Below, piece after piece: positions 51,788 to 60,532 of a stretch of 64,000 nt of DNA. How positions within the stretch are numbered: the first letter of the stretch is position 1; each line of letters starts with the position of its first letter. Below the pieces are notes generated by a model that was given only the letters and a program-made list of their open reading frames with translations, searched no databases and was not told the DNA's origin. The DNA is from Thermoanaerobaculia bacterium (GTDB taxonomy: Bacteria > Acidobacteriota > Thermoanaerobaculia > UBA5066), in contig JAXLQV010000001.1 of assembly GCA_046331465.1 (NCBI GenBank), positions 2,070,472 through 2,134,471 on the forward strand, in the 5' to 3' direction. The translations under genes were made by a program, and so were the position numbers.

Positions 51788-54006
51788 GGCGCCGCCTCCG
51801 GGCCCCGCGGCCGGCGGCGCGCGCTGGCCGAGAGGGCCCGGGCCCAGCGCCGCTCGGCCCGCGCCGGGGCGTGGGTCCAGGCGACGCGGCAGGCATCGGG
51901 GAACCGCGCCGCGAGGGCCTCCGCGGCCGCCTCGGCCTCCGCCGACACCGACTCCTGCGCGAGGACGAGCGTCAGCGGCTCGACCATCGCGACGTCCGGC
52001 ACCGAGGCCGCCGCGACGAGGAGCGAGCGGAGGACGTGGCGATTCCCCTCCGAGACGAGCGCCTCGGCGACCGCCGACGCGAGCGTTCCTCCCCCGGACC
52101 CGCCCGGCCGCCGGGCGATCGTCTCCGCGGCGGCCGAGCGGACCTGCGCCCGCTCGTCGGCGAGCGCCTGTCCGAGCGCCGAGGCGGCCGTCTCCCCGTC
52201 GGCGACGACGAGGGCGCGGACCGCGGCGCAGGCCGTCTCCGAGTCCTCGTGCGCGATCGCGGCGACGGCGCTCCGGGCCGCTTCCGCGTCTCCGGTCCGC
52301 TCGATCTCCTCGAGCGCCGAGATGCGGACCGCGGGTTCCTGCGCGAGGACCTCCTCGACGAGGCGGGGCCGGTCGGCCCCCCCGAGGGCGATCACGGCCG
52401 CGCCGGCGGCGGCTGCCGCGGCCGGCTCGTCGACGAGGAAGACGAGCCCGTCCCGCCAGGTGATCCCGTCGGGCGCGTCGCCTCGCTCGGCGCGGAACGC
52501 GACGGCCCGGAGGGCGGCCGCCCTCACGGCGCCGCTCTCGTCCGAGAGCCGGGCAACGATCTCGTGGCCGCTGATCCGGCGCCCGCGCGCGGCCGCAGCG
52601 ACGGCCGCCTCGCGGACCGACGCGTCGAGCGACGACAGGGCTCCGCGGAGGGCGGCCTCGACGTCGGGGCCGTCGGCCGTTCCGAGCGCCGTCAGCGCGG
52701 CGACCCGGCCGGGCCCGTCGGGTCCGCCGGCGCGGTCGAGGAGCGCGCGCCGCCGGTTGCGGAGCTGGTCGAGCGGGGCGCCCGTCTCGTCGCTCGCGAG
52801 CGCGAGCGCCGCGGCGAGCGCCGTCTCCGGGTCGTCCTCGGCCAGGACGTCGATCAGGTCGGGGACGGGGACGAGGCCCGACGGCACGCACGAGAGGACC
52901 GCGGCCTTCACTGTCGGCGACGGGTGGACGAGGAGCGGAAGGAGCGTCGGGGCCTCCGGGCCGGAGCGGAGGGCGTCGACGAGCTCGAGCGCGGGCTCGG
53001 GGTCGGCCACCTGCAGCGCGCAGAGGAGCGCCTTCTCGCGCCGCGAGCGGGCGAGGGAGCGGAGCGCGGCGTACCCGTCGCGGAAGGGCCCGTGGGTGAC
53101 GATCGCGAGGGCCGCCCTCGGGACGTCGAGGAGGGCGAGGACGTGCGAGGCGTCCGTGCGCGCCGGCCCTTCCTCCTCGGGGTCCCCGAGGAGGGCGAGC
53201 AGGGCGTCGCGCGCCCCGGGCCAGAGCGGGCGGAGCGAGGCGAGCGTGCTCGCCGGCGCGCACTCGAGCGCGGCGCGGAGGGCCGCGAGGAGGAACGGGT
53301 CGAGCTCCCCCTCCGCGGCGCGCCGCACGAGGGGCTCGGCCGCCACCGGCGACCTGAGCCGCGCGAGCGCGTGGAGCGTCCCCTGCCGGAGCGCGTCGTT
53401 CCCGAGGAGCGGGAGGAGGCGCGGCGTGATCTCGGGGTCGCCGACGCTCCCGAGCGCCTCGAGGGCGTGCACCTGGAGCCAGAGGTTCCCCTCGTCGAGG
53501 GCGGCGAGGAGAGGCGCGATCGCCTCTCTCCTCCCCGTCCGGCCGAGGGCGAGGAGGAGCGCGGCGCGCGCGTTCGGGTCGCTCTCGTGCCGCGCGGCCG
53601 CCTCGATCGCGGCGACGGTCTCCGGGCTGGGGACGGGGCCCGGGAGGGCCGCGGCCGCGGCGATCCGGACGTCGGCCGAGGGGTGCTGGAGGGCGCCGAG
53701 GAGGACCGCGCGTCCCGCCGCTCCGCCCTTCGCGAGGAGCTCGAGGCCGGCCGCCCGGTGACCCGCGTCGTCGTCGTCGGCGAGCGCGACGGCGCAGGCC
53801 GAGGCGACGCGCGGCGTGAAGCGGCGCGCGAGCGACGCGACGGCGCGCTCGCGGACGCGGTAGTCCTCGTCCCTGAGGAGGCCGAGAAGGAGCTCCTCGG
53901 CCTCCTCCCCAGGCACCTTCGCGAGGTCCGCCGCCGCCTTCCAGCGTTCCGCCGAGTCGTCCGACGCGATCCTCGCGGCGAGATCGGCCGTCCGTTCGTC
54001 GTTCAT
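51784..54006 (-). CDS. HEAT/PBS-lyase-like repeat protein (740 aa) embedded in the che operon
   Basis: From ATG 54006 (residue 83 of track ORF 51784..54252; ATGA overlap with the cheW stop). More than a dozen units of the type DEDYRVRERAVASLA, HPSADVRIAAAAAL, DESGAVRAAALRAVA, DERAQVRSAAAETIA. No TM segment or signal peptide. Confidence 0.75.
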   Translation of the reverse strand: MNDERTADLAARIASDDSAERWKAAADLAKVPGEEAEELLLGLLRDEDYRVRERAVASLARRFTPRVASACAVALADDDDAGHRAAGLELLAKGGAAGRAVLLGALQHPSADVRIAAAAALPGPVPSPETVAAIEAAARHESDPNARAALLLALGRTGRREAIAPLLAALDEGNLWLQVHALEALGSVGDPEITPRLLPLLGNDALRQGTLHALARLRSPVAAEPLVRRAAEGELDPFLLAALRAALECAPASTLASLRPLWPGARDALLALLGDPEEEGPARTDASHVLALLDVPRAALAIVTHGPFRDGYAALRSLARSRREKALLCALQVADPEPALELVDALRSGPEAPTLLPLLVHPSPTVKAAVLSCVPSGLVPVPDLIDVLAEDDPETALAAALALASDETGAPLDQLRNRRRALLDRAGGPDGPGRVAALTALGTADGPDVEAALRGALSSLDASVREAAVAAAARGRRISGHEIVARLSDESGAVRAAALRAVAFRAERGDAPDGITWRDGLVFLVDEPAAAAAAGAAVIALGGADRPRLVEEVLAQEPAVRISALEEIERTGDAEAARSAVAAIAHEDSETACAAVRALVVADGETAASALGQALADERAQVRSAAAETIARRPGGSGGGTLASAVAEALVSEGNRHVLRSLLVAAASVPDVAMVEPLTLVLAQESVSAEAEAAAEALAARFPDACRVAWTHAPARAERRWARALSASARRRPRGPEAAP

Positions 54007-54377
54007 GCCTCGCCCCTCGCCCCGAGCCGGTCCACGTCGAGGAGGGCCGGGACGCCCTTCGTGCCGGGACCGGGGCCGCCCTCCGGGAACGGCTCCACGC
54101 CGTCGACGGCGTCGACGAGGAGCGCGTGGCCGCAGTCGCGGAGAACGACGACGAGCGGCGACTCGCCCGACTCGGACGGGGGCTTCCCGACGGCCGCCGC
54201 GACGTCGACGACGCCGAGCGCCTCGCCGCGCACCAGGGCGACGCCCCGCCACGAGGCCGGCGCCCCCGGCAGCGGCGTGATCCGCCGGGGCCGCGCCGCC
54301 TCGCGCACCCTCTCGAGCGGCACCGCGAAGCGCTCGCCGCCGGCGCGGAACGCGAGGACGAGGCGGTTCCCGCTCAC
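54003..54377 (-). CDS. cheW: CheW-like coupling protein (short, 124 aa)
   Basis: LVLAFRAGGERFAVPLERVREA ... P.AP....GVALVRGE...VVD is the CheW domain pattern. 4-nt overlaps on both sides. Confidence 0.75.
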   Translation of the reverse strand: MSGNRLVLAFRAGGERFAVPLERVREAARPRRITPLPGAPASWRGVALVRGEALGVVDVAAAVGKPPSESGESPLVVVLRDCGHALLVDAVDGVEPFPEGGPGPGTKGVPALLDVDRLGARGEA

Positions 54378-56371
54378 ATGACCCTCGCGTCGGGCGCGGA
54401 CGCGCAGAGGCGCGCGACGAGGGCCCCGGGGTCGAGCGCGAGGGCGACCTCTCCCCCCGGCACCTCGGCGGCGCCCGAGATCTCCCCGAGCCGCGGGACC
54501 GAGTCTCCGAGCGGCTTGACGAGGAGGTCCCAGATTCCCTCCACGGCGTCGACGACGAACGCCGCCGCCCGCTCGCCGTCCTCGGCGACCACGACGGGAA
54601 GGGGATCGCGCCGCGGAGCCCCCGGGCCGATCCCGAGGAGCTCGTCCAGCCGCCCGAGCGGAAGGCTCCGCTCGCCGTCGCGCAGCCTCGTCTTCCCGTC
54701 GACGATCTCGAAGTCCTCGGCCCGGGCCTCGAGCGTCCGGAGGACGTTCTCGCCGGGGACGGCGAAGCGCTGGTCGCCGACGCGGACGACGAGGGACTCG
54801 AGGAGGACGAGCGTCATCGGGACCGAGACCTCGAACGTCGTCCCCTCGCCGGGCGTCGAGCGGACCGCGACCCTTCCCCCGAGCGCCCCGAGGTTCTCCC
54901 TCACGACGTCGAGCCCGACGCCGCGCCCCGAGATCTCGGAGACGGCGCGCGCCGTCGAGAAGCCGGGCCGGAAGAGGAGCGAGAACGGGTCGAGGGGGTC
55001 GGGGTCGCCGGGCCCGAGGATCCCGCGCTCGCGCGCCGTCCTCACGATCGCCTCGCCGTCGATTCCGCGGCCGTCGTCGGAGAAGGTCAGGACGACCTCG
55101 CGGCCCCGAGGCGCCACCGACATGGAGACGCGCCCCCTCCGCGGCTTCCCCGAGGCGGCGCGCTCCTCCGCCGCCTCGATGCCGTGGTCGAGCGCGTTCC
55201 GCACGACGTGGAGGAGCGGGTCGGCGAGCTCGTCCGCGAGCACCTTGTCGATCTCGGTCTCGACGCCGTGGACGACGAAGTCGGCTTCCTTCCCGAGCGC
55301 GGCCGCCGTCCGCGCGAAGGCGCGGGTCAGGCGGGAGGCGAGCGCCTCCACCGGCACGAGGCGAAGGGAGAGGGCCGCCGGCCCGAGCGCGGAGACGAGC
55401 CGGTCGAGCTGAGCGAACGCGCGCTGCGCCTCGTAGCGCGCGGCCCGGTCGGGCGCCCCCGCGAGCGCCCGGACGAGCGCCCTCCCGAGCGCGGCGCGCG
55501 CCAGGGCGAGCTCCCCGGCGAGGTCGACGAGCGCGGAGACCTTTCCGAGCGGCACGCGGACCGTTCCCCGGGCCACCTGCGGCGCCAGGTCCGCCGTCGC
55601 GTCCGTCGCCGCGGGAGCGACCGGCGCCGGGGCCCTCGTCACCGCGACGACCTCGCGGGCGCCGCAGCGCGCCCCGAGAGCGTCGGCGTCGGTACCGGCG
55701 GGAAGCGCCACGAGGAGGCGAAACGCCATCCGGGTCGCGTCGGACGGAGTCCCCGGGAACGTCCCGATCAGCTCCCCGGCCGCGCCCGCCTCGGCCATCG
55801 CCGTCCGGAGGGCCACGTCGAACTCGTCGAAGCCGAGGTCGAGGTCGACGAAGGCGATCGTCTTCCCCCGCTTCACCGCCTCGCCGACCCGGTGCTGTTC
55901 GTAGTCCGACAGCGAGGCCCCGATCTCCGGAGGGAGCACCGGGGCTTCCCCCGACCGCGCCGGCGCCGAGGCTCGGATCGCGGCCTCGAGGCGGACGGCG
56001 AGCCGCTCGGCGAGGGCGGGCGCCTCCTCTCCCGCGGCGACGCGGCCGACGAGCGAGGAGAGGGCCGCCACGCCGTCCCTCACCGCCGCGTGAACGGGCG
56101 GCATCAGGGCGACGCGCCCCATCCTCACGCCGTCGAGGACCGCCTCGAGGTCGTGCGCGCCCTCCGAGATCCCCGCCTGGCCGACCATGGCCGCGACCCC
56201 CTTCAGGGAGTGGACCGCCCGGAAGAGCGCGTTCACCTTCGCGGGGTTCGGGTCGTCGCCGGCGCCCTCCAGGGCGTCGACGCAGGCGCCCGCCTCCTCG
56301 AGGAGCGTCTCGGCCTCGGAGAGGAACTCCTTCTCGAAGCCACGGTCCGGCCGGCCCGGGCGGCCGCTCAT
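54374..56371 (-). CDS. cheA: chemotaxis histidine kinase CheA
   Basis: 665 aa from ATG 56371 (residue 111 of track ORF 54374..56701). Hpt LFRAVHSLKGVAAMVG, HATPase N-box HVVRNALDHGIE, G-boxes DDGRGID and GRGVGLDVV, and a C-terminal CheW-like P5 domain. Confidence 0.9.
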   Translation of the reverse strand: MSGRPGRPDRGFEKEFLSEAETLLEEAGACVDALEGAGDDPNPAKVNALFRAVHSLKGVAAMVGQAGISEGAHDLEAVLDGVRMGRVALMPPVHAAVRDGVAALSSLVGRVAAGEEAPALAERLAVRLEAAIRASAPARSGEAPVLPPEIGASLSDYEQHRVGEAVKRGKTIAFVDLDLGFDEFDVALRTAMAEAGAAGELIGTFPGTPSDATRMAFRLLVALPAGTDADALGARCGAREVVAVTRAPAPVAPAATDATADLAPQVARGTVRVPLGKVSALVDLAGELALARAALGRALVRALAGAPDRAARYEAQRAFAQLDRLVSALGPAALSLRLVPVEALASRLTRAFARTAAALGKEADFVVHGVETEIDKVLADELADPLLHVVRNALDHGIEAAEERAASGKPRRGRVSMSVAPRGREVVLTFSDDGRGIDGEAIVRTARERGILGPGDPDPLDPFSLLFRPGFSTARAVSEISGRGVGLDVVRENLGALGGRVAVRSTPGEGTTFEVSVPMTLVLLESLVVRVGDQRFAVPGENVLRTLEARAEDFEIVDGKTRLRDGERSLPLGRLDELLGIGPGAPRRDPLPVVVAEDGERAAAFVVDAVEGIWDLLVKPLGDSVPRLGEISGAAEVPGGEVALALDPGALVARLCASAPDARVM

Positions 56372-56790
56372 GTCGTCTCCGTCTCCCGGGCCCGGAGGAC
56401 CTCCGCGAGGACCCGGTCGAGCGTCTCGGCGTCGAAGGGCTTTCCGAGGTAGCCGTCCGCCCCGGCCTTGCGGGCCCGCGCGAGGTCCTCGGCGTCGCGC
56501 TCGGTCGAGACCGCCACGACGGGCAGGCCCCGCTGCTCGGGCCGCGCGCGGATCATCCGGATCAGCTCGAGGCCCGAGAGCGTCGGCATGTTCACGTCGG
56601 TCAGGACGAGCTCGAACGGCGCACGCGGCAGCTCGCGGAGCGCCTCGAAGCCGTTCTCCGCCTCGACCACCTCGATCCGCTGGCCCGTTCGCCGCGCCCA
56701 CCCCTCGAGCGCCTGGCGGATGAGCAGGCGCGCCGGCCCGGAGTCGTCGACGACGAGGACGTGCCGACGGGTCCGGCCCGACGCGGTCAC
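56368..56790 (-). CDS. cheY: CheY-like single-domain response regulator
   Basis: 140 aa from GTG 56790 (GTGA overlap). VLVVDDS, LVLTDVNMP, VVAVST, GADGYLGKPF. Confidence 0.85.
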   Translation of the reverse strand: MTASGRTRRHVLVVDDSGPARLLIRQALEGWARRTGQRIEVVEAENGFEALRELPRAPFELVLTDVNMPTLSGLELIRMIRARPEQRGLPVVAVSTERDAEDLARARKAGADGYLGKPFDAETLDRVLAEVLRARETETT

Positions 56791-57641
56791 GGGCGCTCCG
56801 CCCCCGGGGAGAGGCCGGCCGCTTCGACCGTCCGGAGCCGCGGCCGGAAGAGCGTGCCGTCCCGGGCGACCCTCTCGATCGACGGCCCTCGCGAGAGCAC
56901 CCTCAGGCCGAAGCCGTCGGAAGGCGCGCCCGGGAGCGCGAGGTGCCGCGCCGTGACCGTGTTCGCGAGACCGCCGGGATCGGAGGGGACCCAGCCGAGC
57001 CCGGGGACGTAGACCTCGATCCACCGGTGCCGCACGCCGCTGATCCCCGCGTTGAAGAGCTCCTGCGAGCTCCCGTTCAGCTCGCCGGGAGCGCGGGCGG
57101 TCAGGATCCCGGTCACCTGGCGGGCCGGGATTCCCCCGCGCCTGAGAAGGTCGGCGGCGAGGAGGGAGCGGCCCACGCACGAGCCGCGGCGGCTCCGGTG
57201 GCAGGAGGCGGCCGTCTCGGGAATCAGGCCCGGGAGGTCGTAGCGGATCCGTTTCGCGACCCACGCGACGACCCGCTCCACCGCCTCGAGCTCCGTCGTC
57301 GCCCCGCGAAGCAGCATCCGGGAGAGGGACTCGAGCTCGTCGTCCGCGGGGAGAGGCTCGGAGAGGAGGAGTCGCGCCTCGGCAGGGAGCGACTGCGGCT
57401 CGACGGGCCAGGGGGCCGAATCCCGGAGGGGCGAGCCGTCGACCTCGACGGTCGCGACGAGCTCCCGGCCGTCCGGAGACGAGAGGACGACCCGGTAGCC
57501 GGCCCCCTCGACGGCCCGGACGGCCTTCCACGGCTCCGGCCCCTGGACGAGGTAGCGGGCCGTCTCGACGGGCTGCGGGCGCGGCGCGGCGGCTCCCTCT
57601 CCCGCGAGGAGAAGGAACGCGAGCGCCAGCGCGCCCTTCAC
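56787..57641 (-). CDS. secreted transglutaminase-like (cysteine protease fold) protein
   Basis: 284 aa. Signal peptide MKGALALAFLLLAGEGAAA. Core Cys GSCVGRS, His HRWIEVY, Asp WVPSDP. Confidence 0.75.
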   Translation of the reverse strand: MKGALALAFLLLAGEGAAAPRPQPVETARYLVQGPEPWKAVRAVEGAGYRVVLSSPDGRELVATVEVDGSPLRDSAPWPVEPQSLPAEARLLLSEPLPADDELESLSRMLLRGATTELEAVERVVAWVAKRIRYDLPGLIPETAASCHRSRRGSCVGRSLLAADLLRRGGIPARQVTGILTARAPGELNGSSQELFNAGISGVRHRWIEVYVPGLGWVPSDPGGLANTVTARHLALPGAPSDGFGLRVLSRGPSIERVARDGTLFRPRLRTVEAAGLSPGAERP

Positions 57642-58102
57642 GGCGTCTCCGCCGGGGCCGGCTTCGGCCGTTTCGGCCTCGCGGCTTCCCGCGGCCCGTA
57701 CAGGCTGCGCCGGATGCCGTCGAGGACGCCGTTGATGAAGGGGGCGGAGGAGGGCGTCGAGAACTTCTTGGCGATCTCGACGGCTTCGTCGATGACGACC
57801 GGGTCGGGCGTCTCGTCCTCGTGCACGAGCTCGTAGAGCGCGACGCGGAGGAGGTTCCTGTCGACCGCGGGCATCCGCCCGAGGCGCCAGTGCTCCGACT
57901 GCTTCCCGAGCATCTCGTCGAGCTCGGCGAGGCGCGCGACCGTCCCGAGGACGAGGCGCGAGGCGTACTCCTGGACGTCGGGCGACGCGGTCGCGAACTC
58001 TTCCGTGCGCGCGAACATCTCCGCGGGCTCGGTCCCGGCGATGTCCCGCTGGTAGAGGAGCTGGAGCGCCAGCTCCCGGGCCCGACGCCTGCGGCCGCTC
58101 AC
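57638..58102 (-). CDS. nusB: transcription antitermination factor NusB
   Basis: 154 aa. RRRARELALQLLYQ, DRNLLRVALYEL, FINGVLD. ribH-nusB synteny. Confidence 0.9.
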   Translation of the reverse strand: MSGRRRRARELALQLLYQRDIAGTEPAEMFARTEEFATASPDVQEYASRLVLGTVARLAELDEMLGKQSEHWRLGRMPAVDRNLLRVALYELVHEDETPDPVVIDEAVEIAKKFSTPSSAPFINGVLDGIRRSLYGPREAARPKRPKPAPAETP

Positions 58103-58111
58103 GGCGACCCC

Positions 58112-58594
58112 CTAGCGCGCCGGCGCGCCCGCTCGCAGCCGCGCGCGGAGGTCCGCCAGCTCGACGGCCGCCGTCGCCGCCTCGAACCCCTTATTGCCCC
58201 CCTTGGCGCCGGACCGCTCGAGCGCCTGCTCGAGCGAGTCGCAGGTCAGGACGCCGAAGGTGATCGGCAGGTCGAGCTCGAGGCCGACCTGGAAGACTCC
58301 CTTGGCCACCTCGGTGGCGACGTAGTCGAAGTGGGGCGTCCCGCCCCGGATGACGGCGCCGAGCGCGACGAGGGCGTCGAAGCCCGCCGTCTTCCCGAGG
58401 TCGCGCAGCGCGAGCGGGATCTCCCAGGAGCCGGGGACCTTGACCACGGTCACGGCGTCCTCGGCGGCCCCGAGCCGGCGGAAGGCATCGAGGGCCCCGT
58501 CGAGGAGGCGGGAGACGACGATGTCGTTGGTCCGGGAGGCGACGATTCCGAACCGCCGCCCGTCGGCGCGAAGCTGGCCCTCGAGTACGTTCAT
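58112..58594 (-). CDS. ribH: 6,7-dimethyl-8-ribityllumazine synthase
   Basis: 160 aa. VKVPGSWEIPL, GAVIRGGTPHFDYV, ITFGVLT. Confidence 0.92.
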   Translation of the reverse strand: MNVLEGQLRADGRRFGIVASRTNDIVVSRLLDGALDAFRRLGAAEDAVTVVKVPGSWEIPLALRDLGKTAGFDALVALGAVIRGGTPHFDYVATEVAKGVFQVGLELDLPITFGVLTCDSLEQALERSGAKGGNKGFEAATAAVELADLRARLRAGAPAR

Positions 58595-58601
58595 GACCGT
58601 C

Positions 58602-59675
58602 TCAGTCTAGCAGAGAGAAGCGGCCCGACGGACGCCCGGAAGGCTCCTCGCCCGCGGCGGCGGCGGCGCCCCGGAGCCGCTCCGCGAGCGGGGCGGGGAG
58701 CGGCCCGCCGAAGCTCTCGGCGTACCGCTCGAGGAGGTCGTCGAGCGTCCATCGCCGCGGCTGCGGGCCGAGCGTCTCGAGGCAGAGGACGGCCGCCACC
58801 GCGCCGACCCGCCCTGCCTCCTCCCACGGGAGCCCGCGGAGGCGCGAGGCGACGAGGCCCGACCGGAAGGCGTCGCCCACCCCCGTCGGGTCGAGCGCCT
58901 CGCTCCGGAGGAGCGCCGGCGGGATCCGGAGCGTCCGGGCGCCGCCGGGCTCCTCGGCCGAGCCGCCGCGGAGCGCGATGGTCGCCCCCTCCTCGCCGCG
59001 CGTGATGACGAGGACCGGCACCTTCGCCGCGAGCTCCGCCTCGGAAAGGCCCGTCTTCTTCTCGATGACGCCGAACTCGTAGTCGTTCCCGATGAGCATC
59101 GCGGCGCCGTCGAGCCCGTCGAGGAGGTCCGCGCCGTCGAGGCGCGCGACCTGCTGGCTCGGGTCGTAGACGTACGGGATCCCCAGCTCGCGGCACTCGT
59201 TCGCGTGCTGCCGCATCGCCGTCGGGTCGCTCGGGCAGACGAGCGCGAGCGCCACCTCCCCCGGCGCGAACGTCCGGAACGAGAGCTCGGAGGCCCGGGC
59301 CATCGCGCCCGCGTAGAACGTGGCGATCTGGTTCTGCTCCTCGTCCGTCGAGACGAAGAACGACGCCGTGAAGACGTCGTCGCAGAGCTTCATCCCGGAG
59401 ACGTCGACCCCCTCCGCGGCGAGCCAGGCCCTGTAGTCGGCCGCGTCCTGCCCCGCCGTCGCGAGGATCGTCGGCGTCACGCCGAAGAGGGCGAGCCCGT
59501 AGGCGATGTTCGGAGCGACGCCCCCGCGCACGCGCCGCATCTCGTCCACGAGGAACGAGACGGAGAGCCGGTGCATGCGGTCGGGGACGACGACGTCCTG
59601 GAACTTCCCGGGGAAGCGCATCAGGTAGTCGAACGCCACCGACCCGGTGACGACGACCTTCGGGTTCGAGCTCAT
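58602..59675 (-). CDS. PfkB-family carbohydrate/nucleoside kinase (adenosine kinase-like) with Ala/Pro-rich tail
   Basis: Last 357 aa of track ORF 58602..60170, from ATG 59675 (ATGA overlap with the mtnP stop). GGVAPNIAYGLA, NDYEF, and the DPTGVGDAFRSG anion-hole motif. Confidence 0.8.
   Translation of the reverse strand: MSSNPKVVVTGSVAFDYLMRFPGKFQDVVVPDRMHRLSVSFLVDEMRRVRGGVAPNIAYGLALFGVTPTILATAGQDAADYRAWLAAEGVDVSGMKLCDDVFTASFFVSTDEEQNQIATFYAGAMARASELSFRTFAPGEVALALVCPSDPTAMRQHANECRELGIPYVYDPSQQVARLDGADLLDGLDGAAMLIGNDYEFGVIEKKTGLSEAELAAKVPVLVITRGEEGATIALRGGSAEEPGGARTLRIPPALLRSEALDPTGVGDAFRSGLVASRLRGLPWEEAGRVGAVAAVLCLETLGPQPRRWTLDDLLERYAESFGGPLPAPLAERLRGAAAAAGEEPSGRPSGRFSLLD
58604..58609 (-). 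promoter_or_regulatory. -10-like box TAGACT overlapping the kinase stop, 9 nt upstream of the ribH ATG (leaderless candidate)
   Basis: Minus strand reads C-TAGACT-GAGACGGTC-ATG. The kinase stop TGA overlaps the 3' end of the box. Confidence 0.4.
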
Positions 59676-60532
59676 GTCCAGTACCTTTCCATCAGGAGCG
59701 CGAGGCGCTCGCGCGCCTCCGCCGGGATCCGGTCGGGGGCGCTCAGGACGGCGAAGCGCATCGCGCCGTCGCAGTCGGGAGGGCGCTCCGGGTCGAGGGA
59801 GGCGACCGCCTTCGCGAGGACCCGGTCCGCCGTCTCGGCGTTCCTCCTGAGGACGGCGAGGACCGCCTCCACCGAGACGGGCTCCTCCTCCTCGTGCCAG
59901 CAGTCGTAGTCGGTCACGAGGCACATCGAGGCGTAGTCGATCTCGGCCTCCCGGCAGAGCTTCGCCTCCGTGGCGTTCGTCATCCCGATGACGTCGACGC
60001 CCCAGGAGCGGTAGAGCCGCGACTCCGCGAGCGTCGAGAACTGCGGCCCCTCCATGCAGACGTAGGTTCCGCCCCGGTGGGCGACGGCGCCCGCTTCCTC
60101 GGCGGCCTTCGCGAGGACGTCGAGGAGGTGCGCCGAGACCGGGTGAGAGAACGAGACGTGCCCGACGCACCCGCCGCCGAAGAAGGTCGACGGTCGCCCC
60201 TTGGTCAGGTCGAGGAACTGGTCGGGGAGGACGATGTCCGTCGGCCTGTATTCGAGCTTCATCGAGCCGCAGGCGGACGACGAGACGAGGTAGGAGCAGC
60301 CGAGCTTGCGGAAGCCCCAGACGTTCGCCCGGTAGTTCACCTCGGTCGGCAGGAACCGGTGCCCGCGCCCGTGGCGCGCGAGGAAGGCGACCGGCACGCC
60401 CGCGAGCTCGCCGAGGACGAAGGCGTCCGACGGGACGCCGAACGGCGTCTCGAGGACGACCTCCTCGTGCACCGTCACGCCGGGGAGCGCGTAGAGGCCC
60501 GAGCCGCCGACGAGGCCGATCCGCTTCGTCAA
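59672..60532 (-). CDS. mtnP: S-methyl-5'-thioadenosine phosphorylase
   Basis: 286 aa from TTG 60532 (TTGA overlap). [69 protein letters not shown]. Confidence 0.88.
   Translation of the reverse strand: MTKRIGLVGGSGLYALPGVTVHEEVVLETPFGVPSDAFVLGELAGVPVAFLARHGRGHRFLPTEVNYRANVWGFRKLGCSYLVSSSACGSMKLEYRPTDIVLPDQFLDLTKGRPSTFFGGGCVGHVSFSHPVSAHLLDVLAKAAEEAGAVAHRGGTYVCMEGPQFSTLAESRLYRSWGVDVIGMTNATEAKLCREAEIDYASMCLVTDYDCWHEEEEPVSVEAVLAVLRRNAETADRVLAKAVASLDPERPPDCDGAMRFAVLSAPDRIPAEARERLALLMERYWT

Noticed and set aside
51784-54252. N-terminal extensions of many track ORFs (e.g. 233..1465, 862..3363, 8123..9652, 17555..19183, 28263..30626, 35820..39245, 50963..53263, 54374..56701, 56368..57531)
   Set aside because: The extensions are Arg/Pro-rich and overlap the upstream gene. 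In every case a start codon forming a 4-nt overlap with the upstream stop, or following an SD or -10 box, coincides with the point where the sequence becomes protein-like.
58595-58601. FMN riboswitch upstream of ribH; T-box or attenuator leaders upstream of trpS, leuS and ileS
   Set aside because: The upstream non-coding spaces are 7 nt (ribH), 0 nt (trpS, overlapping), about 48 nt (leuS) and about 74 nt (ileS, shared with a divergent gene). These are too short for such elements, and no conserved riboswitch cores were seen.
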